Assembly (NCBI GenBank): GCA_046293175.1
Contig: JBKBPM010000001.1
Coordinates: 299,446-363,445, forward strand
Source: Minisyncoccia bacterium
GTDB taxonomy: Bacteria; Patescibacteriota; Minisyncoccia; Phycocordibacterales; UBA918
DNA length: 64,000 nt
Reading direction: 5' to 3'
This document shows positions 10,318-20,121 of the stretch, piece after piece. The notes below the pieces were generated by a model, which had not been told where the DNA came from, made no database searches, and saw only the letters and a program-made list of their open reading frames with translations. The position numbers and the translations under genes were made by a program. Position 1 is the first letter of the stretch, and each line of letters opens with the position of its first letter.

Positions 10318-10434
10318 CTAGCCTTGTCGCTGCTTGTGACGTGGCTTCCTCTTATTAATTACGTAGATAACACCTCGTCGCTTAACGATGATGTCATCAG
10401 GACTCATCTTTTTGACTGATGAACGAACTTTCAT
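10318..10434 (-). CDS. rpmJ: 50S ribosomal protein L36, Cys-free form
   Basis: [38 protein letters not shown]. Confidence 0.97.
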   Translation of the reverse strand: MKVRSSVKKMSPDDIIVKRRGVIYVINKRKPRHKQRQG

Positions 10435-10444
10435 GTTGTTCTTC

Positions 10445-10675
10445 TTACATTCTCTTACTAATACGTGCTTTGCCGCCGTACGGGTCGATAACCATACCAA
10501 CTCGGTCGCCGACTAAAACTCTGATTCTAAACCGTCGCATTTTACCAGCGAGATAGGCAATCTGTGATTCTTTAGTATCGTCACGAATAACACGGAAAAG
10601 CGCATTTGGGAGCGCTTCTTCCACCGTGCCAAAAACTAGGTCTTCACGTGAATTGTCGAGTTCTTGCTGATCCAT
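10445..10675 (-). CDS. infA: Translation initiation factor IF-1
   Basis: [25 protein letters not shown]. Confidence 0.97.
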   Translation of the reverse strand: MDQQELDNSREDLVFGTVEEALPNALFRVIRDDTKESQIAYLAGKMRRFRIRVLVGDRVGMVIDPYGGKARISKRM

Positions 10676-10688
10676 TTAGACGGGAGTG

Positions 10689-10717
10689 AGTGTAGCAAAA
10701 GAATCGCAATTCGTCAA
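10689..10717 (-). promoter_or_regulatory. sigma70 promoter of the infA-rpsI operon
   Basis: TTGACG-17 nt-TACACT with extended -10 TG. Confidence 0.7.
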
Positions 10718-10740
10718 CAGTATAGGGGTTAATTTATAGG

Positions 10741-12177
10741 CTAATTCTCTCCTACCACCTCGACAATGTCAATTTCTGTGTAGTCACTTGGCATCGTGCG
10801 CTTCCAAATTGGGCGGATTTTGACCTCACTCTTCTCAATTCCTCGGTAACTCGACATGATTTGTGGAATGGCTGTCTTTTCTTTGTTGACGAGGTCTAAA
10901 GCCAATTTTCCTTCATCCACGGTCCAAACGATCTTAGGGACACCGACGATTTTGAAACTAAGGCTTTCCTCATTGGCGAGGAAACTTTGGCTGGTGGTAG
11001 CGTTTGTGTAGGTAAAGGTCAAAAGGTCAATATTATCAATCCGAACAGGATCATTTTCGTAGCCAACAATAGTTTCTTTGGCAATAAATGAGGCAAAGTC
11101 AGCCGCTTTAAATAACGGCATCTGAAGCACGGCTTGTTCTTTAATGGTAACGAGTTTGTCTCCGTACTGTACGGGCTGTAGCTGGTTGTACACGATAGAT
11201 ACTGAGTCTTTGAAGGTAGTATAGCCAGCGGGACGTTCTGATTCGATTCGAGCCAGTAATGTGTCTCTCAGTTCAGCCTGGAGACTCTGACGTGCGGTAG
11301 CAAGTGCGTCTTCATTTATAATAAACTTTGGTCCATTAAATCCATTTGTAAAGGCGACTGGGTTCTTGGCACTAATAGCATTATAAAGGTCCATGTAGTT
11401 ACCTTCCTTAAAACCAGGCACCTTCAAATCAGTACCGGCTTTGAGGTTGTATTTGTCTCCCGGTTGATCAGCAAAGACTTTGGCGCGGATAGTGCCAGGT
11501 ACCAATTTACCATCAACTGTTACTGCTCCCGGTACAACAACTGATTCCTCGATGCGAAATACGAGACCATCGAGGGTTTCAAAACGGGTATTTTTGATTA
11601 AGCGTTCAGCACCCGGTGTAGTTTTTGAAATTTCTATTTCACCGGAAGCCTGTACTTTTACCTGTTCTTGGCCGCTGGCTTCTACCTGGCGCTCACTGGT
11701 GGCTTCAAGGGTCAGGATCTCATAGCTCAGTTCCTCTGGACGCTGTTCTTTATACGCGGTGAAGGTGGCGTTAACGTTGAGTTCACGTATTTTTGGATAA
11801 AACGTGACGGTGGCACCGCCGGTAAGGTAACTAATAAAAATCCCTATACTCGTGATGCCAACAAATAGAACAGAGGCGATGATAAGATGCTGACGACTCT
11901 TTTTCTTACCATTTATTACCGGTATTGAGTCAAAACCCTCATCTTCGTCTGAAGCAAAGTGTGTCTCTTCTGGTTCCGTTTCTGGTTCTGGTGCATGACG
12001 GCGTGGTCGCATATCAAGTCCAGCACCAGCCCGTGGAGGCTTCATGTCACTAATCTGGGTCCGTACTGGAGTCCCTTCGTTACTTTGCGACCGGATAATA
12101 GTTGGATGCTGACCGTCGGTGCGAGTTCGACGCGGCTCGGTCGGACGAATGTCCTGCAGGTTCCATTTTTGTGTCAT
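10741..12177 (-). CDS. Membrane-anchored protein with baseplate-J/gp47-like domain
   Basis: Disordered N-terminus, one TM, then ASGEIEI..NTRF..DGLVFR..ADQPGDKYN..FTNG pattern. Confidence 0.7.
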   Translation of the reverse strand: MTQKWNLQDIRPTEPRRTRTDGQHPTIIRSQSNEGTPVRTQISDMKPPRAGAGLDMRPRRHAPEPETEPEETHFASDEDEGFDSIPVINGKKKSRQHLIIASVLFVGITSIGIFISYLTGGATVTFYPKIRELNVNATFTAYKEQRPEELSYEILTLEATSERQVEASGQEQVKVQASGEIEISKTTPGAERLIKNTRFETLDGLVFRIEESVVVPGAVTVDGKLVPGTIRAKVFADQPGDKYNLKAGTDLKVPGFKEGNYMDLYNAISAKNPVAFTNGFNGPKFIINEDALATARQSLQAELRDTLLARIESERPAGYTTFKDSVSIVYNQLQPVQYGDKLVTIKEQAVLQMPLFKAADFASFIAKETIVGYENDPVRIDNIDLLTFTYTNATTSQSFLANEESLSFKIVGVPKIVWTVDEGKLALDLVNKEKTAIPQIMSSYRGIEKSEVKIRPIWKRTMPSDYTEIDIVEVVGEN

Positions 12178-12200
12178 AGATTTCTCTACAGTATAGCTCT

Positions 12201-13433
12201 TTATACCTGGGTAAAGCGAGTGGCACTCCCCTGTTTGTGGAAAAACTGTCCACTCATAAGGACGCCAGTGTCAATTCTCCGCTTGAGGAGGTCGATTTTT
12301 TGTTCTCCAGTAAATTGCGTGAGCATGAGGTCATGTGAGAGGGTGTGTACCGTGTGGGCTGAGCTCGTGGCGGCCTTTGCAGCAGCGGCGATATAGTTAT
12401 CAAAAAAGCGCTCATGGAGGTAGCTGCTATGCAAAAAAATTACCTTTGGAATAGCAAGACTGTCACCAGTTTCGTGGAAAAGTGACTCGAGCGCATTTTG
12501 GTATTCATTCATGAGAACAGTAATCGCTTCTTTTTCACTAGCAGTGACACAGTCAAGTGAATCAGCATCGTAAGTTCGTTTGAGGATTGTGGCAGCGTCT
12601 CCTTCTGGGGTATCAAGTCGTGTTGCAAGATTACGAACCAGGGTGTTAATACCAATTGGTGTGTAGGTAGTGTACTGAAGGACGCCACCGCGAACGATAG
12701 CTAGTTCCGTCGCTTCGTAGGTCAAATCAACGAGGCAGTACTCGGTCATATCGGGATACAGATCTTTGATGGTGCTATGAAAAACTAGCATGGCTGAGTA
12801 CCGTTCAAGCTTAGTATTGGTGAACATGCGCTGGCGGAGATCCTCAATTGCACTAGTAATCAGATTTTGGGCAATAGCTGAAACCTGCGTCAGGGTAACT
12901 ACTGATGCAGTTTGCCCGATTGGATTCATGGTACGATAGCCGTTGGCGGTGATATCGGTAGTAGCTCGAGTCATGATAGTTAGTCCAGAACCATGCTCTT
13001 TTTCGCTTTCGGAGAGGGCTTCCATAGTTTTTTGATTGGCCTTTTCGGTCAGATTATCAATGAGGGCACTGGTAATTGTAAAGGGTGTCTCACTTTCGTA
13101 TTCAATAACTTTACTTACTGTGTATGACCACGGGGCGGTAATGGACACCTGGAGGGTTTCGATACTGTGTCGGGGGAAACTCTTGGCCAGTGCGGCTCGT
13201 CCTTCACTATCAAGTGCTATCATACTATTCATAAGCGCAGTGAGCATACTTTTGGTACTACGTGCAAAATCGTAATCAATACCAATGGTCGCAAACTCGC
13301 GTTTGGCCCAGACAATTGTCGGTTGCTTTTCACTAGTCAGAGACACTACAACTGCAGTCAATACACTACCAGAGCCAATCTCAATGATGGCACCAACTCG
13401 TGAGGTACCTCCTGACTTACTAAAGAGCTTCAT
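12201..13433 (-). CDS. FtsA/PilM-like actin-fold protein (divergent)
   Basis: AIIEIGSGSV N-terminal motif, CLVDLTYEATEL second motif, PIGINTL. Confidence 0.7.
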   Translation of the reverse strand: MKLFSKSGGTSRVGAIIEIGSGSVLTAVVVSLTSEKQPTIVWAKREFATIGIDYDFARSTKSMLTALMNSMIALDSEGRAALAKSFPRHSIETLQVSITAPWSYTVSKVIEYESETPFTITSALIDNLTEKANQKTMEALSESEKEHGSGLTIMTRATTDITANGYRTMNPIGQTASVVTLTQVSAIAQNLITSAIEDLRQRMFTNTKLERYSAMLVFHSTIKDLYPDMTEYCLVDLTYEATELAIVRGGVLQYTTYTPIGINTLVRNLATRLDTPEGDAATILKRTYDADSLDCVTASEKEAITVLMNEYQNALESLFHETGDSLAIPKVIFLHSSYLHERFFDNYIAAAAKAATSSAHTVHTLSHDLMLTQFTGEQKIDLLKRRIDTGVLMSGQFFHKQGSATRFTQV

Positions 13434-13507
13434 GTTCTTTGTAGTATAGCAAACTACTCGACCAGAAATAGTCGACTAGTTCTGAGAACGTGGATTGTGC
13501 AAGAGTA

Positions 13508-15454
13508 TTATTCGAGCACTGCTTTGATACGACGGACACCAGCAGACGATGATTCTTCTTTGGTGATCTTGAAGGTTCCTTTGATGTCGGCGAGGTCTTC
13601 GACGTGTGGACCACCACAGAGTTCTTTGGAGACGACCACACCAGCATTGGTGGTCATGGTGTAGACCTTTACTTCATCGGGATAGCGATCCCAGAATGAA
13701 GCTTCGATTGTTGGGTCGTTTTGCGCAGCCACCTTACTCATCATGGTGATGGTAACTGGACCACCTTGCTTGATGGCATCATTTACGTAGGCCTCTACTT
13801 TGCGGAGATCTTCATCACTGATTTTTTCTCCATGGGTTACGTCGTAGCGAAGTCGTTCACCAGTGATATTGCTTCCCGCCTGGTGGACATGAGTACCCAA
13901 AACTTTTCGTAAACCAGCCAGCATGAGGTGGGTGGCGGTGTGGTACTGTACCACCTGCTCTGATTGGTCAGCGAGGCCGCCCTTAAACTTCTGTTCAGCG
14001 CCCGCTCGACTGAGATTGCGGTGTTCATCCATTAGCTTTTCAAACCCCGCTCGCTCGACAATGAGTCCCTTCTCGGCCGCAATTTCTTCGGTGAGCTCAA
14101 TTGGGAAACCGTAGGTTGTGTAGAGATCAAAGGCATTTTGGGCACTAATGGCTTGCTTGGTCACCGGTGCTACGTCTTTATCAATCACTTTTTTGCCATC
14201 GACCTCCTTACTTGTCAGATGAATCTGAAGGGAAACTTTATTAAATTGCTTAAGACCAGCCTCAAGCGTCTTGCGGAATTGCTCTTCTTCTCGGGCAATA
14301 GCAGTCTTAATATCTTCTCGTTTCTCTGCGAGATTCGGGTAGTGAACTTCGTAGGTCGCAATCACACTTGAAGCCAAGTCGGCAAATTTACCGGCCGGAA
14401 TGCCAATCTTATCTGCATACCGCACCGCGCGACGAAGGAGACGACGGACGAAGTAGCCTTGTTGGTCATTGCTTGGATATACCCCATCCCCAATCATAAA
14501 GACCGCCCCACGAATATGGTCAGTAATGACGCGGAAGGCGACTTCATTACCGGCGTAGAGTTTCCCGGAAAGTTCAACAATTTGTTTGATCACCGTATGG
14601 AGGAGATCTACATGAAAGACGTCAGGATTTCCTACCTTCGCTGCGGCAATACGTTCAAGTCCACCACCAAAGTCGACGTTTCGTTGTGGGAGCTTTGCAA
14701 AACTACCATCCTCCTGTTTGATATACTCAATAAACACTGAGTTGCCAATCTCGAGGAATTGCCCTGAGTCACTGTTTGGATGCGCCGCTTGCTGGCCGTA
14801 GACCGGATGAGTGGCGTGTTCCGGACCAAAGTCATAGAAGACTTCACTATCTGGTCCACCAATTTCACCAACGGGCATATTGCTTGGCTTGCCGCTGCGA
14901 CTCCACCAGTTTTTGCCGGCGTCGTAGTAGAAGATACGGCCTCCTTGCATACCAACTTCGTAACCGTCTTCTTCACTGCCGATAAAGATATCTTTGGCCT
15001 CAATGCCGCGTTCGGCAAATAATTCTTTCCAAATAGCGACTGATTCATCATCTCGGGGAATACCAAGTGTTTCGTCTCCTGCAAAGACGGTGACGTAGAT
15101 ACGAGCCGGATCAAGCCCGACTTCATCGACGAGGAAAGTAAAGAACCAGCGGAGTTGTTCCTTTTTGAAGTAGTCACCAAGAGACCAGTTACCGAGCATC
15201 TCAAAGAAGGTGGTATGACGATTGTCCCCTACTTCTTCGATATCATTCGCGCGGAAACACTTTTGCGAGTCAGCGAGACGAGTGCCCATTGGGTGCTTTT
15301 CTCCCATCAGATACGGGATGAGTGGCTGCATACCACTGCCCGTGAAGAGTGTCGTGGGGTCATTTTCTGGTACGAGGGCGGCAGACGGAATAACCGCATG
15401 ACCATTTTTGGCCATAAAGTCGAGATACCGCTGTCTGATTTCATTTCCGCTCAT
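13508..15454 (-). CDS. alaS: Alanine--tRNA ligase, short form without C-Ala domain
   Basis: HTTFFEMLGNWS, DFGGGLER, HTATH, ELCGGPH; ends at GVRRIKAVLE. Confidence 0.98.
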   Translation of the reverse strand: MSGNEIRQRYLDFMAKNGHAVIPSAALVPENDPTTLFTGSGMQPLIPYLMGEKHPMGTRLADSQKCFRANDIEEVGDNRHTTFFEMLGNWSLGDYFKKEQLRWFFTFLVDEVGLDPARIYVTVFAGDETLGIPRDDESVAIWKELFAERGIEAKDIFIGSEEDGYEVGMQGGRIFYYDAGKNWWSRSGKPSNMPVGEIGGPDSEVFYDFGPEHATHPVYGQQAAHPNSDSGQFLEIGNSVFIEYIKQEDGSFAKLPQRNVDFGGGLERIAAAKVGNPDVFHVDLLHTVIKQIVELSGKLYAGNEVAFRVITDHIRGAVFMIGDGVYPSNDQQGYFVRRLLRRAVRYADKIGIPAGKFADLASSVIATYEVHYPNLAEKREDIKTAIAREEEQFRKTLEAGLKQFNKVSLQIHLTSKEVDGKKVIDKDVAPVTKQAISAQNAFDLYTTYGFPIELTEEIAAEKGLIVERAGFEKLMDEHRNLSRAGAEQKFKGGLADQSEQVVQYHTATHLMLAGLRKVLGTHVHQAGSNITGERLRYDVTHGEKISDEDLRKVEAYVNDAIKQGGPVTITMMSKVAAQNDPTIEASFWDRYPDEVKVYTMTTNAGVVVSKELCGGPHVEDLADIKGTFKITKEESSSAGVRRIKAVLE

Positions 15455-15576
15455 ACAAAATAATGTTATTTCTAGTGGTAGTTACTATACCAGATTTATG
15501 AGCTTTGGCGAGAGGAAGGTTGCGAGAGAGACCAGCTGTGCTACTTTTTGTGGTGACTCAGAACAAGGAGATTCAA

Positions 15577-15767
15577 ATGGGTGAGTATGATTACTCTTCT
15601 GATGGAGGTCCGGAAGAAGTGAAGCTGGTGTTCAAGTTGGGACGTAGCGGCGGGCAACTGTTTTCAGAACTACCACTCGACATTCAAGGTCGCTTCTTTT
15701 TGAGGTGATGCACCATCTGGACGCTTCGACACGGAAGCTTGTCGAAGCGAGACGTTTAGGCAGTTGA
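15577..15767 (+). pseudogene. SD-led orphan, apparently frameshifted at a T5 run
   Basis: AAGGAG SD; frame stops at 15708; one extra T at 15697-15701 gives a continuous ORF to TGA 15767 just before hairpin 15791-15812. Confidence 0.4.
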
Positions 15768-15819
15768 AGCCTTCCTACCTTACAGTAGCGGAATCCCGCT
15801 GCGGTGGGGTTCTTCATTA

Positions 15820-17655
15820 TTATTTCGGCTTTTGTTTTTTGGCCAACTTTTGGAAGGTTTTGATGTCCTCTTCGAGCTTGGTGAGCGCTGCTTCAAAGGT
15901 AGCGGCTTTCGTCGTATCGATACCAGCGTCTTTGTAGATATCTTTGATGAGCTTTGATTCGCCAGCGGTGAGGAATTGGTCAATCTTCGCACTATAAGAC
16001 CGATCAGCGCGGAAGCGAGCGGCCATGATACTACTCATCAAAAGGCCATAGGCGTAGCTGTATGTGTAGAAGCCCATTCGGAGGTGTGAGACGTACACAT
16101 AGGTGTAACCATCATCTGGGGTCAATTTCACGCCTTTACCGAGGTACGCTGCGAGATGTTTGTTAGTGAGTGCGGCGTATTCTTCGTTTGTGAGACCACC
16201 TTCACGCATAACCGATTCATGTATATCAAGTTCGGTGTTGAAGAAGGCAATTTGGCGTTGGATAGTTGAGATATCGCGGAGAATACGGTCGTGGAGTAAA
16301 ACAAACTGCGTATGTTCATTCATCTGCGCATACACCGCATCAAATACCAAATTTTCAAACAAGGTACTTGCTGTCTCCGCAGTCACTATCGAATGACCAT
16401 CATAAAATGGCGATTGTCCGTCCATGCTACGACGGGCATGAATTGCGTGACCCATTTCGTGGGCGAGGGTTTCAAGTGATTTGAAATCAGTGATGTGATT
16501 GAGAAAAACATTAATTGGCTGGCCACTTTGCGCAGACATAAAAGCACCACCTGATTTGCCACTCCGCGGCCAGACATCAATCTGCCCTTTCTCTAACATG
16601 GTATCAAAGAGTTCACCGTACCGTGGGTTTACGTCATAAAAGACATCACGACAAATAGCCACCGCGTCGGTAAATGAGATCTTTACGTCTTCACCAATTG
16701 ATTCATTTCGTTGACTGTAATCAAGGTGAGGGACACCGTGATAGGCCGCTTTGATTTCATAGAATTTGCGACTGAGAGCAAAACCCTTCTTCCCCACTAC
16801 TTCACGGAGAGTCATGAGGGCTTCTTCGGTGTCTTGGTAACTCTGTACGGTAGCACTGTAGGGATGTTTGTACCCGCGGATATCGTCTTCGGTACGAGCA
16901 TCGGTCACAATTGCGTTCATTTCATGCTCTGCCACTTCGCCAATTTGCTTTAATTCCTCAACAATCAATTTCCAGAGCTTTGGCTTGTCGGCAAACTTCT
17001 GCACGTTGATGAGCTCAATCGCCTCTGGCAAAGCCACTCGCTTCCCTTTCCAGGTGATGTGTCGGTCAGTAATGATTTTGTCAGTCATATCCACCCACCG
17101 ACCACTGGCTTGTCGGCTCTTGAGGCTTATAATCTTTTCTTCGGCTTCACTGAGGTGATGGGCAGCTCCAACAAACAGCCGTTCAAGGTAGTAGTGATAC
17201 GGTGCGAGTTTTGGATCTTTGAGCAGCACCTTCTGTGTTGCTTTGGGAATCTTGCCGAGCTCAAGTGGGAAAAAGAGGGTCTCATCACTCGCTTTGCGGA
17301 GACGGTTCTGAATAAGTGAGAGTTGCTTGGTTGCGTTCGTGTCCTTGGTATCAACACAGCTACGGAGCCAGAAGTAACGGGTAGCGCGTGAGTACGTCGG
17401 GTTGCCGGCCATTGCTTCGCTATCCTTGAGTGCAGCAAGGAGAAGGTCGGTTTTGGTCGTAAAGGCTTTGCCTCGCCATTTTTTGGCAAAGGCACGATAG
17501 GCAGATTCGGTGGCAGCGATATCTTTTTCAATCTGCGGGTCTTTATCACTCTTGTAGTACAAAGAAAAGTCCCATGATTCTTGTATGGTCACGGGTGCAT
17601 GACTGTTTTTTTGCGTATACTTAAAACTCTTTTTCTTGGGATTTTTGGACGGCAT
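15820..17655 (-). CDS. pepF: Oligoendopeptidase F (M3B)
   Basis: GKSGGAF, TLAHEMGH, AETAS..FE, FYTYSYAYG; start uncertain (17655 ATG or 17592 GTG). Confidence 0.9.
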   Translation of the reverse strand: MPSKNPKKKSFKYTQKNSHAPVTIQESWDFSLYYKSDKDPQIEKDIAATESAYRAFAKKWRGKAFTTKTDLLLAALKDSEAMAGNPTYSRATRYFWLRSCVDTKDTNATKQLSLIQNRLRKASDETLFFPLELGKIPKATQKVLLKDPKLAPYHYYLERLFVGAAHHLSEAEEKIISLKSRQASGRWVDMTDKIITDRHITWKGKRVALPEAIELINVQKFADKPKLWKLIVEELKQIGEVAEHEMNAIVTDARTEDDIRGYKHPYSATVQSYQDTEEALMTLREVVGKKGFALSRKFYEIKAAYHGVPHLDYSQRNESIGEDVKISFTDAVAICRDVFYDVNPRYGELFDTMLEKGQIDVWPRSGKSGGAFMSAQSGQPINVFLNHITDFKSLETLAHEMGHAIHARRSMDGQSPFYDGHSIVTAETASTLFENLVFDAVYAQMNEHTQFVLLHDRILRDISTIQRQIAFFNTELDIHESVMREGGLTNEEYAALTNKHLAAYLGKGVKLTPDDGYTYVYVSHLRMGFYTYSYAYGLLMSSIMAARFRADRSYSAKIDQFLTAGESKLIKDIYKDAGIDTTKAATFEAALTKLEEDIKTFQKLAKKQKPK

Positions 17656-18217
17656 AAATAAATTCTTTGTAACTTTCAAATACGTGATTAAATTCGTTTA
17701 AGAGTGGTCCCTCAAGGCGATTGTTAATGACATTCGCTAGGGTTTGGTACACCTCAAGACGTTCGGTGAGATTTTTACCAAAGTCTTGAAGGAACCGCGC
17801 TGGCGTCTCGTAATATTCCTCGACAATGGTGCGGAAATTGTGTGCTTTATCAGCGGCCGCAATCATAATAGCGTCTTTCGGTCCTTTTTTCAGCTGCACG
17901 GCATAGGCCTTTTTCTTTTCAGTCCAGGTGAGCTTACGGTCGCCATCGTGGGTAGGTTCGGTGAGAGTTTCGACGAGCTCACGTACCGTACCGCCAAAGT
18001 CTTCTTCGAGTTCATCCAGTGTATAGTCGGTATCCTCAACGGTATCGTGAAGAAGAGCCGCTACCATCACATCCTCATTGTCGGTGTAGTCATGGAGAAT
18101 AAACGCCACAGACATGAGGTGGGTGATGTACGGATACGGCATCGAACCCTTACGTTCCTGGTCGCGATGAAGGACAGCAGCGGCACGGATAGCTTGTTCG
18201 ATACGGTAGGAGTACAT
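17621..18217 (-). CDS. Small alarmone hydrolase-like HD protein (Mesh1/SpoT hydrolase fold)
   Basis: H..Q.RKG..PYITH, AALLHDTVEDT, ADKAHN. Confidence 0.9.
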   Translation of the reverse strand: MYSYRIEQAIRAAAVLHRDQERKGSMPYPYITHLMSVAFILHDYTDNEDVMVAALLHDTVEDTDYTLDELEEDFGGTVRELVETLTEPTHDGDRKLTWTEKKKAYAVQLKKGPKDAIMIAAADKAHNFRTIVEEYYETPARFLQDFGKNLTERLEVYQTLANVINNRLEGPLLNEFNHVFESYKEFIYAVQKSQEKEF

Positions 18218-18230
18218 AATGTTTATAGTT

Positions 18231-18836
18231 TTAGGCAGCTCGTCTCGAGTCAGATGATCGAGAGCCATAACCACCTGAACTCTTTATGTTGAGGTTTGTG
18301 CGGCCGGCAGTGTTCGGTGTAACATTGTTCTTTGCCTGATTGGCCTTGGCTTGGTTGGCCATAGCTCGTGTTAAATCGGCCTGGAGGTTGCCGAGACTGC
18401 TACGCTTTTGTCTGATTTCACTATCAAGGGCGTTGATTTCACGCATACGGGTGTCACGTGCTCGTCGCTCAGCCTCACTCTGTTCACGTGTGAGGCTTGT
18501 TAATTTTTGGTTGAGATCATTAAATCGGTTGTGCTGCTCGTTGTGTTTACGTTGAAGTACAGACTGTTCTTCCTGAAGTTTATTGAGTTTGTTTTGGAGA
18601 GTGGTTTGCTCTTTTTGATAGTAGTCTATATTGTCTTGGAGTGCTTTTAGGCTATTTTGTAGTGTTCGGATATCTTGAGTCACTTTACGATTGTCGTTGG
18701 CATACTTCGCTTGAATGGCAGTTAGCTCACTTTGCATCATGAGAGTGATCCGCTGCTTTTTGGTTTCTAAATCGACGACACGTTTTTGTTGGTCATCAAC
18801 GAGTTTTCGTTTTGTGTCTACATCATCAAAAGCCAT
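18231..18836 (-). CDS. Coiled-coil protein
   Basis: Long Q/K/L heptads, low-complexity tail; TATACT 9 nt before ATG. Confidence 0.8.
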   Translation of the reverse strand: MAFDDVDTKRKLVDDQQKRVVDLETKKQRITLMMQSELTAIQAKYANDNRKVTQDIRTLQNSLKALQDNIDYYQKEQTTLQNKLNKLQEEQSVLQRKHNEQHNRFNDLNQKLTSLTREQSEAERRARDTRMREINALDSEIRQKRSSLGNLQADLTRAMANQAKANQAKNNVTPNTAGRTNLNIKSSGGYGSRSSDSRRAA

Positions 18837-18841
18837 AGTAC

Positions 18842-19099
18842 CTAGAGTATAACACCTTCTTTTTGTAAAATCTCCCTTTTCACAACTTCCCCACCTCGGT
18901 TGTAGCCACCAAGTCTACCGTCGCTTCGGATCACTCTGTGACACGGAATGTCAGGATTGTAGTTCTTGGCCATGAGGTTTGCGACTGCGCGAGCGGCTTT
19001 CTGATTGCCGGCTTTGGCTGCTACTTCGCCATACGTCATTGTCTGACCTTTTTTGATGCTTTTTACCACCCTATGCACTTGTTCGCTAAACATTGTCAT
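18842..19099 (-). CDS. MGMT/Ogt-family O6-alkylguanine repair protein (C-terminal domain only)
   Basis: TYGEVA..AARAV, active site IPCHRVI. Confidence 0.92.
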   Translation of the reverse strand: MTMFSEQVHRVVKSIKKGQTMTYGEVAAKAGNQKAARAVANLMAKNYNPDIPCHRVIRSDGRLGGYNRGGEVVKREILQKEGVIL

Positions 19100-19144
19100 A
19101 TTTTCATTTTTACCGAGGTTGCCGAGGGGTACCCTAGGCAAATT

Positions 19145-19927
19145 TTATTTACTTGCTTGTTTGATGGCGATAAGCTTTTTGCCGCACGCTTCGCGATACG
19201 GGCAGTATTCGCAGGCGGCACCACTTTCTGGATACATATCAGAGTCAAGGGTGGTTTTGATGGCCTTTAGCGTCTTCCCGATCCAACTAATGTCTCCCAC
19301 GCATGGCACGAGGGTGGTATCGAAGTGTAGCGTGTCAAAGAAACCGTCCTGGTCTTTGTTGGCGTTCGCGTACACAAAGTAACCAGTATCAGAGACGGTG
19401 AAGCCATTTTGACGCAAGAGCCACTGGTAGACACCCATCTGGCGTGCATACTGAGCACTCCAGGATGAATCATCAAGGGTGAGTATCTCTCCGTCTTTTG
19501 AGGTGGCTTTGTAGTCGACCACAATGAGTGTGCCATCAGGTTGCTGCCAGATATCGTCAACGGCACCGGATACAACGAGGCCAGTTTCTTTGTCTGTCCA
19601 TTCAATGCCCGAGAAATTGTCCCGCCAGAGATCTATACTCTCGTGCATAAACGGCACCGCGTCTATGTTGTACTTCTCGGCGATCGGGTGTCTTGTTCCT
19701 GCTACTCGATGAGTGTCAAACTCTTTTTTTAGGAGTTCATCAACCGCGATGTTTAGGTTAAATGATGGCATGCTCGGACGCTTTGTACCGAGCTTGTTAT
19801 CAAGGTAAAAGCAACGTGGACATTCCACAAAAAATTCAATCTTCGAGCGGGATAAGCGCCACTTCGCTCCCCCATAATTCCACTCAGCACTGCGGTTTGG
19901 GTTGTATTTCTTTACGTATTCGGCCAT
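19145..19927 (-). CDS. PD-(D/E)XK nuclease (Cas4/AddB-like, probable Fe-S)
   Basis: LSRS..CPRC, GAVDD, VVDYK, Q..VY, C-terminal CEYCPY...C. Confidence 0.9.
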   Translation of the reverse strand: MAEYVKKYNPNRSAEWNYGGAKWRLSRSKIEFFVECPRCFYLDNKLGTKRPSMPSFNLNIAVDELLKKEFDTHRVAGTRHPIAEKYNIDAVPFMHESIDLWRDNFSGIEWTDKETGLVVSGAVDDIWQQPDGTLIVVDYKATSKDGEILTLDDSSWSAQYARQMGVYQWLLRQNGFTVSDTGYFVYANANKDQDGFFDTLHFDTTLVPCVGDISWIGKTLKAIKTTLDSDMYPESGAACEYCPYREACGKKLIAIKQASK

Positions 19928-19998
19928 ATGATGCTTTGAGTATAGCACAAACAGGCGGAACCAAAGGTTCCGCCCGTTTGTATTCAGGTGCCACTAAG

Positions 19999-20121
19999 AG
20001 TGGCTAGTCAATGGTCTCAGATTCGAGACGGCAAGGAGAAGAAAGGTGAGGTGTACTTATTGTACATTGAACTTTTCTTCGACGCAGCCAACAAAGAAGA
20101 TGAGGTCAGTGGGTAGTCACT
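19999..20121. repeat. Structured intergenic element family B, copy 2
   Basis: AGTGGCTA/TAGTCACT outer stem, AAGGA..GACGCA loop, GAAGAAAGGT/ACTTTTCTTC stem, GAG-gtGTAC..GTACat-tGA apex. Confidence 0.6.

Noticed and set aside
10741-12177. Baseplate-J-like gene as evidence of a prophage or contractile injection system
   Set aside because: Isolated and membrane-anchored, with no sheath, tube or other structural genes.
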